From positions 1,868,731 to 1,932,730 of the forward strand of contig CAWCDI010000001.1 of assembly GCA_963794415.1 (NCBI GenBank): a stretch of DNA of 64,000 nt. Reading direction: 5' to 3'. How positions within the stretch are numbered: position 1 is the first letter of the stretch; each line of letters starts with the position of its first letter. The notes beneath the pieces were generated by a model that did not search any database, was not told the origin of the DNA, and saw only the letters and a program-made list of their open reading frames with translations. Of the stretch, positions 9,836 through 18,571 are shown piece by piece. Made by a program: the position numbers and the translations under genes. This DNA is from an uncultured Actinomycetes bacterium. GTDB taxonomy: Bacteria; Actinomycetota; Thermoleophilia; Gaiellales; JAICJC01.

Positions 9836-10888
9836 GCTCAGGTGCAGGCTCTTGTCCTCGTGGCGCCAGATGAGGGCGCACACCGAGCCGACCACGATCG
9901 TGGGCACGAAGGTCAGCACGCGGTAGAGCAGCACCGCCGTCACCACGCCGGTGCGCCCGCCGCCGAAGCCCACGAGCGCGGCGGTCATCCCCAGCTCGGT
10001 CACGCCCAGGCCGCCCGGCGTGATCGGCACCGACGCGAGCAGCCGGGTGAACGACCAGGCGGCGAGCGCCTCGAGCGTGGAGACGTTGTTCACGCCGATG
10101 CTGCGAAGCACGATCAGGAGCACCCCGAAGAGCGTCAGCTGGTTCACGAGCGAGGCGATGGTGAGGATGTGCCAGCGCGACGAGACCACCTCGATGGTCT
10201 CGTGCCGCAGCCGCACCAGCCGCGGGCCCCAGTCCTTCACCGGACCGCGGCGCACCAGCCCGAGCACCGCCGACACCATCCGGCCTGCGAACTCCCCCAC
10301 CCTGTGGGCAGCCGTGTCGCGGCGCATCGTCAGCACGAGCACCACGACGATCACGATCAGGAGGATCGATGCCCCGATGCTCACCAGGATCAGCGAGTGG
10401 CTGCCGTCGGTGGGCCCGAGCGCCGCGACCGCAGCGATCGGCAGGATCACGTTGATCGCCTGGTTCCAGAGGGTGACCAGCACGAGGCCCGCGGTGATCG
10501 CCTGGCCGCGGAACTTCCAGCCCGAGAGCATCTTCACCTGGGTCGCGATGCCCACGGCCTCGCCGAGGGGCAGCACCGTGGTGAAGAGCGTGGTGGTCTG
10601 CGTCATCAGCATGGCGCGCTTGTACGAGAGCCCCGGCACGGCCGCCATCCACGGCGGCCCCGACGTCGCCACGTTGGCGGCGACCGAGAGGAAGATGATG
10701 CCCCAGTCGGTGAGGCCCAGGCCGACGGCGGCGTCCCACACCGCCTCGTAGCTGGTGATCTGCGGCAGGATGGCGACAAAGATCGCCAGCACCACGATGA
10801 TGCCGAATGCCGGCCCGACGAGCTTTCGCAGCCGCCGCTTCAGCTGGTCGGGCGGGGGCGCCTCAGCGATCGGCGGTTCGACGGCCAA
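9821..10888 (-). CDS. Lysylphosphatidylglycerol synthase TM-domain / flippase-like membrane protein (UPF0104)
   Basis: Multi-TM; VPITPGGLGVTE and AVLLYRVLTF motifs. Confidence 0.85.
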   Translation of the reverse strand: MAVEPPIAEAPPPDQLKRRLRKLVGPAFGIIVVLAIFVAILPQITSYEAVWDAAVGLGLTDWGIIFLSVAANVATSGPPWMAAVPGLSYKRAMLMTQTTTLFTTVLPLGEAVGIATQVKMLSGWKFRGQAITAGLVLVTLWNQAINVILPIAAVAALGPTDGSHSLILVSIGASILLIVIVVVLVLTMRRDTAAHRVGEFAGRMVSAVLGLVRRGPVKDWGPRLVRLRHETIEVVSSRWHILTIASLVNQLTLFGVLLIVLRSIGVNNVSTLEALAAWSFTRLLASVPITPGGLGVTELGMTAALVGFGGGRTGVVTAVLLYRVLTFVPTIVVGSVCALIWRHEDKSLHLSSLES

Positions 10889-11234
10889 CGCCGACCACCA
10901 GCTGCATGATCATGTTGACGATCCAGACGACAATCGTGATCTCGGCGACGTTGATGAACCCGCCGACGTCCACGCCGCTCAGGAGCCAGGCGGTGAGCGC
11001 CACCATCGCCATGTTGATCAGAAACGTGACGAGGCCGAGCGTGATGATGCGAAACGGCAGGCCGATCAGCATCAGGATCGGCTTCAGGAAGATGTTCAGC
11101 AGGCTGAACACCACTGCGGCGAGCACCAGCTCGCCCGTACCGCTCACCGAGACGTCGCCGACGACCTTGAACGCCACCCAGAGGGCGATGAAGTTCAGGA
11201 TCCACGAGATCAGGAGCTGTCGGATGAGACGCAT
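10863..11234 (-). CDS. YvlD-like (phage holin family) membrane protein
   Basis: Four TM; LNIFLKPILMLIGLPFRIITLGLVTFLIN signature. Confidence 0.88.
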   Translation of the reverse strand: MRLIRQLLISWILNFIALWVAFKVVGDVSVSGTGELVLAAVVFSLLNIFLKPILMLIGLPFRIITLGLVTFLINMAMVALTAWLLSGVDVGGFINVAEITIVVWIVNMIMQLVVGVGRRTADR

Positions 11235-11297
11235 ACGTGGGTGAGAGTACCAGTGCGCCCCCGGGGCAAGGCCGCCGGGGGCGCGTGGAACGTGCGA

Positions 11298-11693
11298 CTA
11301 GGCGGAGAGCGCCTTGGTCTTGATCGTGTTGAACTCGTCCTGCGTGATGGCGCCGGAGTCGAGCAGGCCCTTGGCCTTCTCGATCTCGTGGGCGGCGCCG
11401 CCGCCGCTACCACCGGCGGTCTGGCGGACGTAGCTGTCGAACTGCTCCTGCTGCTGCTTGGCAGCGCTGATGTTGCGCTGCGCAATGCCGTCGGAGTTGG
11501 TGATCATGTAGGCCAGCAGCCCGATCAGCGGGAAGATCAGCAGGAAGAGCAGCCAGAGGGCCTTCTTGCCACCTGATGCGTCGTGTCGCCGGAAGATGTC
11601 GACGATCACGTAGAACAGCATCATGAAATAGATGACCATGAAGAAGATAACGAGCAAACTCCACAGGAATTCGCCCAGACTCAGGAGCGCCAT
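11298..11693 (-). CDS. PLDc_N and SHOCT domain membrane protein
   Basis: DIFRRHDASGGKKALWLLFLLIFPLIGLLAY; C-terminal EIEKAKGLLDSGAITQDEFNTIKTKAL. Confidence 0.9.
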   Translation of the reverse strand: MALLSLGEFLWSLLVIFFMVIYFMMLFYVIVDIFRRHDASGGKKALWLLFLLIFPLIGLLAYMITNSDGIAQRNISAAKQQQEQFDSYVRQTAGGSGGGAAHEIEKAKGLLDSGAITQDEFNTIKTKALSA

Positions 11694-11819
11694 CTAGTGG
11701 TCCTTTCGGTTGAGGAGGATCTTTGAGAGTACCGCAGACAACGAAGATGAATGCCTGGATGGATTCGCCACGGGCTGCCCGCGTCCTTCTTGCCGCATGA
11801 CCCGTGCTACCTTGGCCGC

Positions 11820-12746
11820 ATGAGCACCCGCGTCGTGCGAAAGAACATGGTCGATGTCCCGGGCGGCGAGTTCGAGATGGGCTGCGATCGCTACTACCCG
11901 GAGGAGGCGCCCGTGCGGCGGGTGCACGTTGACGGCTTCCGCATGGACGAGCACCCCGTCACGGTGGCCGAGTTCCGCCGCTTCGTGAAGGACACCGGCT
12001 ACGTCACGCTGGCCGAGAAGGCGCCCGATCCCGCCCAGTACCCCGGCGCCGATCCCGCGCTGATGGTGCCGGGCTCGCTCACCTTCCAGCGCACCCCCGG
12101 CCCCGTTGACCTGTCGGTGTGGGCCAACTGGTGGGCGTGGACGCCCGGTGCAGACTGGCGCCATCCCGATGGGCCCGACTCCGGCATCGGCGGGCGCGAG
12201 CGCCATCCGGTCACCCACGTCGCCTACGAGGACGCCCAGGCCTTCGCGGAGTGGGCCGGCGGCGAGCTGCCCACCGAGGCCGAGTGGGAGCGCGCGGCCC
12301 GCGGCGGGCTCGAGGGCGCGACGTACACCTGGGGCGAGGAGTGCGCCCCCAGGGGGCGGATGATGGCAAACACCTGGCAGGGCGAGTTCCCGTGGCAGAA
12401 CCTCCTCACCGACCGCTTCGAGGGCACCTCACCCGTGAAGAGCTTCCCCGCCAACGGCTACGGCCTCTACGACATGGCCGGGAACGTGTGGGAGTGGACG
12501 TCTGACTACTTCTCGCAGCCGGCGACCGAGAGCCCGTGCTGCGTGCCGTCCAACCCGCGGGTGACCGAGCCCGCGCCGGGCGATCCTGGCGAGCCCGACG
12601 CACAGATTCCCCGCCGCGTGATCAAGGGCGGGTCGCACCTCTGCGCACCCAACTACTGCCTGCGCTACCGGCCCGCAGCCCGGCAGGGCGAGGCGGTCGA
12701 TACCTCGACCCGGCACATCGGCTTTCGCCTGATCGTCAGGGGGTAG
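11820..12746 (+). CDS. Formylglycine-generating enzyme (sulfatase-modifying factor)
   Basis: GGEFEMG, YPEEAP, HPVTHV, LPTEAEWE, NGYGLYDMAGNVWEW, KGGSHLCAPNYCLRYRPAAR with both active-site Cys; TACCTT -10 just before ATG 11820. Confidence 0.93.
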   Translation: MSTRVVRKNMVDVPGGEFEMGCDRYYPEEAPVRRVHVDGFRMDEHPVTVAEFRRFVKDTGYVTLAEKAPDPAQYPGADPALMVPGSLTFQRTPGPVDLSVWANWWAWTPGADWRHPDGPDSGIGGRERHPVTHVAYEDAQAFAEWAGGELPTEAEWERAARGGLEGATYTWGEECAPRGRMMANTWQGEFPWQNLLTDRFEGTSPVKSFPANGYGLYDMAGNVWEWTSDYFSQPATESPCCVPSNPRVTEPAPGDPGEPDAQIPRRVIKGGSHLCAPNYCLRYRPAARQGEAVDTSTRHIGFRLIVRG

Positions 12747-13461
12747 CCTCGGCGCGCAGCGGCCGTCGGATGCGCTCGTCCAGGTAGAGGAGCGCGCCGA
12801 TCAGGCCGAACACCGGCGTGAGCACCAGCCCGGCGAGCGTGGTCACCACGACGTTTGCCCCCACGCTCGTGTCAGTCACGGGTGAGCACGCGTTCTGCAC
12901 CACCCCCGAGGAGATGCTCTCGATCACGAGCGCCAGCAGCAGGATCCCGAACACGCGCCACCACGAGCCGCGCACGGTGTCGCGGCTGATGGCCATCGAG
13001 TGCATCACGCGGTGATCCTCGAGCACCGCGATCGGCACGGCAAACGCGAACCACGTGTAGAAGAGGACGCCCGGCAGGAGCAGCGTGAACGTGCCGAGCA
13101 GCACCACGGCGCCCACCATGAGCGAGGTCACGGCCAGCCGCCCGGCCCGCGGCCGAAGCGCGGCAAATGCGCCGCGCACGGTGACGGGCTCGTGGGCGAG
13201 CGCCGCCACCACGATCTGGATGACCAGGCCGATCGAGACGAGGTAGGCGAACGCCTGCAGCGCGCCCGCCGCCACCTCGGCCGGGCGATGGCCCTGGGCC
13301 ACGGCGCGCACCACCGATGCGGGCACCGAGACGGTCGCCACCACCGCGATGATCGCGGGTGCATGGCGCCAGTAGATGTGGACCCCGCGGGCGAGCATCT
13401 CGCGCAGGTCGATGGGCTCGGGCGCCTCGACGTCGGCTGACTGCGGCTGGTGGTCGATCAC
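12736..13461 (-). CDS. Membrane protein of unknown function
   Basis: About six TM segments; SRDTVRGSWWRVFG and LLYLDERIRR motifs. Confidence 0.7.
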   Translation of the reverse strand: MIDHQPQSADVEAPEPIDLREMLARGVHIYWRHAPAIIAVVATVSVPASVVRAVAQGHRPAEVAAGALQAFAYLVSIGLVIQIVVAALAHEPVTVRGAFAALRPRAGRLAVTSLMVGAVVLLGTFTLLLPGVLFYTWFAFAVPIAVLEDHRVMHSMAISRDTVRGSWWRVFGILLLALVIESISSGVVQNACSPVTDTSVGANVVVTTLAGLVLTPVFGLIGALLYLDERIRRPLRAEATP

Positions 13462-13535
13462 TGCATATGAGGGTAGTGATCGCGGCGCGCAGGGTCGACA
13501 GCCAGCCGCCCGATCGGCGAGACTCCCGCTGCACG

Positions 13536-14987
13536 ATGCTCTTCCCGCACCTACGGCACCCTCCCGGAAAACCTGCGCTGCGAGTTGGCGAGCGCGTCCT
13601 CAGCCACGCCGAGCTGCGCGCGGCGGCCGCGGCGCTGACGGCCCGCATCGAGGGCTGCGAGCGGGTCGCGGTGTTTGCCGAGAACACGCTCGAGACCGGC
13701 GTGGCGGTGGTCGCGGCGCTCGCCGCGGGCATCCCCGCGATCCCGGTCAACCCCAAGTCCGGCCGGCTCGAGCTGGCCCACGTGCTGGGCGATTCGCAGC
13801 CGTCTGCCGTGCTCTGCGGCCCGCGGTCAGAGCTACCCGAGGGCTTCGCCGGGTTACGCCGCATCGACGTCGATCCGGATGCGCGCAGCGACCGGGAGCT
13901 GCCGCCCGGGGCCGGCCCCGAGACGCCGGCGCTCATCGTCTACACCTCGGGCACCACCGGGCCGCCCAAGGGCGCGGTGCTGCCGCGCCGCGCGATCTCC
14001 TCAAACCTCAACGCGCTCGCCGCCGCCTGGGAGTGGACGGCCGCCGACGTGGTGTGCCACGCCCTGCCGCTCTTCCACGTGCACGGCCTGGTGCTGGGGA
14101 CGCTCGGTCCGGTGCACCGCGGCGGCACCTCCTGGCACCTCGGTGGCTTCAGCCCCGATGCCGTCGGCACCGCGCTCGCGGGCGACGGCACCATGCTCTT
14201 CGCCGTCCCCACCATGTACCACCGCCTCGCCGATGCCGCGGAGACCGATGCCGGGCTGGCCCGCGGGCTCGCCTGCGCGCGCCTCCTGGTCTCGGGATCG
14301 GCGGCGCTCCCCGCGGCCGAGCACCACCGCCTGACCCGTCTCACCGGCCAGCACGTGGTGGAGCGCTACGGGATGTCCGAGACGCTCATGATCGCGTCCA
14401 CCACCGTCACCGGAGACCGCCGCGCAGGCTCGGTCGGCACGCCGCTCGCGGGCGTCGAGGTGAGTGTCCGCGACGACGACGGTAGCGAGATCCCGCCGGG
14501 CGAGGAGACCATCGGGGAGGTGCACGTGCGCGGCCCAAACGTGATGCTCGGCTACCTCAACCGGCCCGACGCGACTGCCGAGGCGATGACCGCCGACGGC
14601 TTCTTCCGCACCGGCGACCTGGCGGTGCGAAGCGGCGACGGGTTCATCCGCATCGTCGGCCGGCGGGCCACCGACCTCATCAAGAGCGGCGGCTTCAAGA
14701 TCGGCGCGGGCGAGATCGAGGCGGCGCTCCTCGAGCACGATGCGGTGGCCGAGGCCGCCGTGGCCGGGCTGCCCGACGCCGACCTCGGCGAGCGGGTGTG
14801 CGCGTGGGTGGTGCTGCGGCCGGGGGCCGCGGTGAGCGAGAAGGAGCTCGAGAACCACGTCGCCGTCGCGCTCACGCCGCACAAGCGGCCGCGCACGGTG
14901 CTCGTGGTGGAGTCGCTGCCCCGAAACGCGATGGGCAAGGTGCTGAAGACCCAGCTCCGGGCCGGGGCGACGGCGGCCGCGCAGTGA
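13536..14987 (+). CDS. Acyl-CoA synthetase (malonyl-CoA synthetase-like AMP-binding enzyme)
   Basis: YTSGTTGPPKG, LPLFHVHG, ERYGMSET, FRTGD, LPRNAMGKVLK. Confidence 0.93.
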   Translation: MLFPHLRHPPGKPALRVGERVLSHAELRAAAAALTARIEGCERVAVFAENTLETGVAVVAALAAGIPAIPVNPKSGRLELAHVLGDSQPSAVLCGPRSELPEGFAGLRRIDVDPDARSDRELPPGAGPETPALIVYTSGTTGPPKGAVLPRRAISSNLNALAAAWEWTAADVVCHALPLFHVHGLVLGTLGPVHRGGTSWHLGGFSPDAVGTALAGDGTMLFAVPTMYHRLADAAETDAGLARGLACARLLVSGSAALPAAEHHRLTRLTGQHVVERYGMSETLMIASTTVTGDRRAGSVGTPLAGVEVSVRDDDGSEIPPGEETIGEVHVRGPNVMLGYLNRPDATAEAMTADGFFRTGDLAVRSGDGFIRIVGRRATDLIKSGGFKIGAGEIEAALLEHDAVAEAAVAGLPDADLGERVCAWVVLRPGAAVSEKELENHVAVALTPHKRPRTVLVVESLPRNAMGKVLKTQLRAGATAAAQ

Positions 14988-16306
14988 GCATCGACCGGTT
15001 CGAGCTGGGTGCCGTGGGCGACTGCATCGTCACGCGGCCGCTCACCCCCGGCCGCAGGTTTGCCCCGATGCTCGAGGCGCTCGGCGGCTGCGACGCGCTC
15101 TTCGGCAACCTCGAGACGGTGATCTTCGACATCCGCGAGTTCGCCGGGGCGGCGTACCCGTGGCGCAGCGACTGGCCGCTCTCCTCCCCGCCCGCGGTCG
15201 CCGTGGACATGGCCGCGATGGGCTTCGACATGGTCGGCCGCGCCAACAACCATGCACTGGACTGGGGCCTCGAGGCGATGCGCGAGTCGAGCGCATGGCT
15301 GGACGAGGCCGGCATCGTGCACGCGGGCACCGGCGAGAACGCCGGCCTGGCGCGGGCGCCGGCCTACCTCGAGACCGCCGCTGGGCGCGTGGGCCTGGTG
15401 TCGTGCACCACCACGTTTCGCGAGACCAGCGAGGCCTCCCCCGCCCGCGGCGCCGCTCCCGCCCGGCCCGGCGTGGCGGGCATCCACCTCACGCGCACGG
15501 TCGCGCTCGACCCCGAGCAGCTGCGCCTCGCACGCGAGCTCGCGCGGGCGCTCGGCCCCGAGCTGGCCGGCGAGGGCGAGGACGGCGAGCGGCTGCTGGA
15601 TCAGCTCATCGGTGAGGCCGCGAGCGAGCCGGGCTACCGCTACGAGATGGATGCCGCTGATCTGGCCGAAACGCTTCGCGCGGTGCTGCTGGGAAAGCAG
15701 CACTCCGACCTGCTGGTCGCCGCGCTCCACGCCCACGAGCCGCTGCACGACGAGTTCCCCCAGCCGCCGGGGGCGTTCGTGGGCGAGTTCGGGCGCGCGG
15801 CGATCGATGCCGGCGCCGACGTGGTGGTGACCAGCGGCATCCACCACCTCGCCGGGATCGAGCTCTACGGCGGCGGGGCGATCTTCCACGGCCTGGGCAA
15901 CTTCGTGTTCTCCGACCTGGTCGAGCCCCTCCCGCACGAGCTCTACGCCTACGGCCGCGAGCACCTGCGGCGCGCCTTCGACGATCCCGGCGCGGCGACC
16001 GACGCCGACCTCACGCGCGTCCTCAACGACGCGTGGTTTGCCCACGCCGAGACGTTCCAGGGAGTGCTCGCGCGCTGTCAGTGGCGCGACGGGCGGCTGG
16101 CCCGGATCGCGCTTCACCCGCTGGATCTGGGCTACGGGCTGCCGCTCACCTCGAGCGGCGTGCCGCTCCCGGCCTCACCCGACGTGGCCGCGGCGATCAT
16201 CCGGCGGCTGGCCGAGCTCTCGGCGCCGATGGGGACGGTCATCACCGCAGAGCCGCACGGCGATACCGTGCTCGGCATGATCGACGCCGCAGGATCGAGC
16301 GCATGA
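14984..16306 (+). CDS. CapA/PGA_cap family metallophosphoesterase-like protein
   Basis: AVGD, GNLET, RANNHALDWG, LHAHE, IDAGADVV, HGLGNF; GTGA overlap with the upstream gene. Confidence 0.88.
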   Translation: MSIDRFELGAVGDCIVTRPLTPGRRFAPMLEALGGCDALFGNLETVIFDIREFAGAAYPWRSDWPLSSPPAVAVDMAAMGFDMVGRANNHALDWGLEAMRESSAWLDEAGIVHAGTGENAGLARAPAYLETAAGRVGLVSCTTTFRETSEASPARGAAPARPGVAGIHLTRTVALDPEQLRLARELARALGPELAGEGEDGERLLDQLIGEAASEPGYRYEMDAADLAETLRAVLLGKQHSDLLVAALHAHEPLHDEFPQPPGAFVGEFGRAAIDAGADVVVTSGIHHLAGIELYGGGAIFHGLGNFVFSDLVEPLPHELYAYGREHLRRAFDDPGAATDADLTRVLNDAWFAHAETFQGVLARCQWRDGRLARIALHPLDLGYGLPLTSSGVPLPASPDVAAAIIRRLAELSAPMGTVITAEPHGDTVLGMIDAAGSSA

Positions 16307-16923
16307 CCGCCGACGGGTACAACACCGCCGACGTCTTTCTCATCATCCTGATCGGCGTCGGGCCGCTGAAGGCGGTCATCGCATTCGCCGACCTCACGCG
16401 CGGCATGACCATCCGCCAGAAGCGGATCGTGTCGCTGAAGACGTCGTTCTACGCGGCCGTGATCGCCGGCGTGCTCCTGATCTTCGGCGACATCGCCCAG
16501 CACGTGTTCCACTTCAGCCACGCGGCGCTCGCGATCGCCGGCGGCATCGTGATGTTCATCCTGGGCCTCGACATGGCGCTCGGGAAGCGCGAGAACAGCG
16601 ACTCCGAGCAGGTGAACGATCCCAACAAGATCGCGCTCACGCCGCTCGCCGTCCCGCTCACCCTGAACCCCGTGGGCGTGGTCGCCCTCATCACGTACTC
16701 GTCCAACTTCTCGTGGTCGCAGGAGGCGCGCACCGAGGTGATGATCGCGATCGTCGCGGTGATCAACGTGGTGGTGTTCCTCGTGATCGCGCGCTTCAAG
16801 GACGCGCCCGAGGGCGTGATCACGGTGGTCGAGATCCTGTTCGGCATCCTGCTCTGCGCGGTGGCGGTGCAGCTCACCCTGGTCGGGCTGCACGATCTGG
16901 CGCTGGTGAAGAACCTCGCATGA
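16303..16923 (+). CDS. MarC family membrane protein
   Basis: Six TM; IAGGIVMF, IALTPLAVPL, FGILLCAVAVQL; ATGA overlap. Confidence 0.85.
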   Translation: MTADGYNTADVFLIILIGVGPLKAVIAFADLTRGMTIRQKRIVSLKTSFYAAVIAGVLLIFGDIAQHVFHFSHAALAIAGGIVMFILGLDMALGKRENSDSEQVNDPNKIALTPLAVPLTLNPVGVVALITYSSNFSWSQEARTEVMIAIVAVINVVVFLVIARFKDAPEGVITVVEILFGILLCAVAVQLTLVGLHDLALVKNLA

Positions 16924-17516
16924 GCCTGCGGATCTGGTCGCCGAGCGCCGCGGGAGCCGAGATCGTTGAGGCCCTCGGTCGCGGTGACCAGCTGGTGGCC
17001 GCCGATGCGCGGCCGCAGGTGGTGATCCGCGACGGCGATTCCGAGCCGGTAAAGGCCCCCGGCGCACGCATCATCACCATCGCGCCGGCGCGGGTGGCAG
17101 AGATCGAGGCGACCATCGTCGAGCTGGCCGCCGCGATCGGCGCCTCGCCGCAGGCGCCCGAGGTGATCGAGTCCATCCAGAAGCCCATCGAGTCGGTGCT
17201 GGCCGCGGTCGTCAACAGGCCGCGGCCCGCGGTCTTCATCGACATGCCGGCGGCGTGGATCCCCGACATGGCGGGGATGGCCGGCGGACAGTGGGTGGGC
17301 GCGCCGCAGGAGGCCGATCTGGTGGTGGTGGCCGACGGCGCTTCGGCGCCCCAGCCGATCACCGCGCGGGTGGTGGCGGTCGATCCGGCCTACTACGCCG
17401 TGGCCGGCCCGCGCGTGGCGTACGGGATCGTCCAGCTGGGGTTCCTGCTGCACCCCGACCGGCTGAACGATCCGCAGCTGCCGCTGCGTAACATCGAGGC
17501 GGGTGCGGGTGACTGA
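16920..17516 (+). CDS. Short, degenerate helical-backbone (BtuF-like) solute-binding-type protein with no signal peptide
   Basis: RIWSPSAAGAEIVEALGRGDQLVA, RPRPAVF, WIPDMAGMAGG, GPRVAYGIVQLGFLLHPD. Confidence 0.55.
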   Translation: MSLRIWSPSAAGAEIVEALGRGDQLVAADARPQVVIRDGDSEPVKAPGARIITIAPARVAEIEATIVELAAAIGASPQAPEVIESIQKPIESVLAAVVNRPRPAVFIDMPAAWIPDMAGMAGGQWVGAPQEADLVVVADGASAPQPITARVVAVDPAYYAVAGPRVAYGIVQLGFLLHPDRLNDPQLPLRNIEAGAGD

Positions 17517-18105
17517 AGAGGATGACGACAGACGATTGGTGGCCGCCCTGCGGGCCGGCGACGAGGAGGCGTTCCGCGAGTTGATCGACCGCTACCAGGC
17601 GCCGTTCGTGCGCACCGCGCGCACCTACGTGCGCGATCAGGCGGTGGCCGAGGAGGTCGCGCAGGAGACGTGGCTGGCGGTGCTGAACGGCCTCGACCGG
17701 TTCGAGGGCCGCTCGTCGCTGAAGACCTGGCTCTACCGCATCCTCACCAACCGCGCGATCACGCGGGCCAAGCGCGAGCGCCGCTCGGTGCCGTTCTCGG
17801 CCGCGGTGGATCCCGACCGGTTCGGCGCCGACGGCGGCTGGATCGACGGCCCCATGCCGTGGAGCGACCTGCCGCAGGATGTGCTGCTGGCAGCCGAGAC
17901 GCGGGCGAAGATCCTGGAGGCCATCGAGCAGCTCCCGCCCGCCCAGGCGCGCGTGATCACGCTGCGCGACATCGAGGGCTTCACGGCGGACGAGGTGCGC
18001 GACCTGCTCTACCTCTCGGACGTGAACCAGCGCGTGCTGCTCCATCGGGCGCGCTCGCGGGTGCGGGCGATCCTCGAGCCCTACTTCGCGGAGACCGTCG
18101 CATGA
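17503..18105 (+). CDS. ECF RNA polymerase sigma factor
   Basis: GDEEAFRELIDRY, AEEVAQETW, FEGRSSLKTWLYRI, region 4 LPPAQARVITLRD...LLHRARSRVR. Confidence 0.93.
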   Translation: MRVTEEDDDRRLVAALRAGDEEAFRELIDRYQAPFVRTARTYVRDQAVAEEVAQETWLAVLNGLDRFEGRSSLKTWLYRILTNRAITRAKRERRSVPFSAAVDPDRFGADGGWIDGPMPWSDLPQDVLLAAETRAKILEAIEQLPPAQARVITLRDIEGFTADEVRDLLYLSDVNQRVLLHRARSRVRAILEPYFAETVA

Positions 18106-18344
18106 GCGCCACCGCACTTCGCTGCCGCGAGCTGGTCGAGCTGGTGACCGACTACCTGGAGGGCGCGCTCTCCCCGGCGGACACGGCGCGCTTCGAGCAG
18201 CACCTCACCGGCTGCGACGGCTGCGTCGCCTACCTGGACGAGATCCGCACGACCATCGAGCTGGCCGGCCGCATCACCGAGGACACGATCACCCCCGAAG
18301 CCCGAGCCGAGCTGCTGCACGCGTTCCGCCTCTGGCGTGAATAA
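18102..18344 (+). CDS. Zinc-binding anti-sigma factor (zf-HC2/ZAS)
   Basis: CRELVELVTDYLEG...HLTGCDGC; ATGA overlap with the sigma gene. Confidence 0.92.
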   Translation: MSATALRCRELVELVTDYLEGALSPADTARFEQHLTGCDGCVAYLDEIRTTIELAGRITEDTITPEARAELLHAFRLWRE

Positions 18345-18368
18345 ACGGTGCCAGGCACTTAATATTCA
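18338..18368. repeat. 31-bp AT-rich palindromic repeat, copy 1 (REP-like or terminator)
   Basis: TGAATAAACGGTGCCAGGCACTTAATATTCA; exact reverse complement of 51842-51872. Confidence 0.85.
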
Positions 18369-18373
18369 GCGAG

Positions 18374-18571
18374 CTACTCGCCCTTGCTCGAGAGCATGGC
18401 CAGCGCCAGCACGATGTTGGCGGCGGCGAGCGGGACTGCGCACCACTCCTCCTTCACGCCAAACCAGATGGCGAGCGGGAACGCGATGATGACGGCCGCC
18501 ACGTAGAGGATGGCGGAGAGCGCTGTGAGCATCGCAGCGGTGCTGCTGCGGCGAGATTGCATGATGGTCAT
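18374..18571 (-). CDS. Small two-TM membrane protein (65 aa)
   Basis: ATGA overlap with the cyclase stop; two hydrophobic segments. Confidence 0.6.
   Translation of the reverse strand: MTIMQSRRSSTAAMLTALSAILYVAAVIIAFPLAIWFGVKEEWCAVPLAAANIVLALAMLSSKGE

Noticed and set aside
10863-11234. Phage holin as a prophage marker
   Set aside because: YvlD-type proteins are common chromosomal membrane proteins, and no phage genes are nearby.
14984-16306. Poly-gamma-glutamate capsule locus
   Set aside because: No capB or capC; standalone CapA-family genes are widespread.
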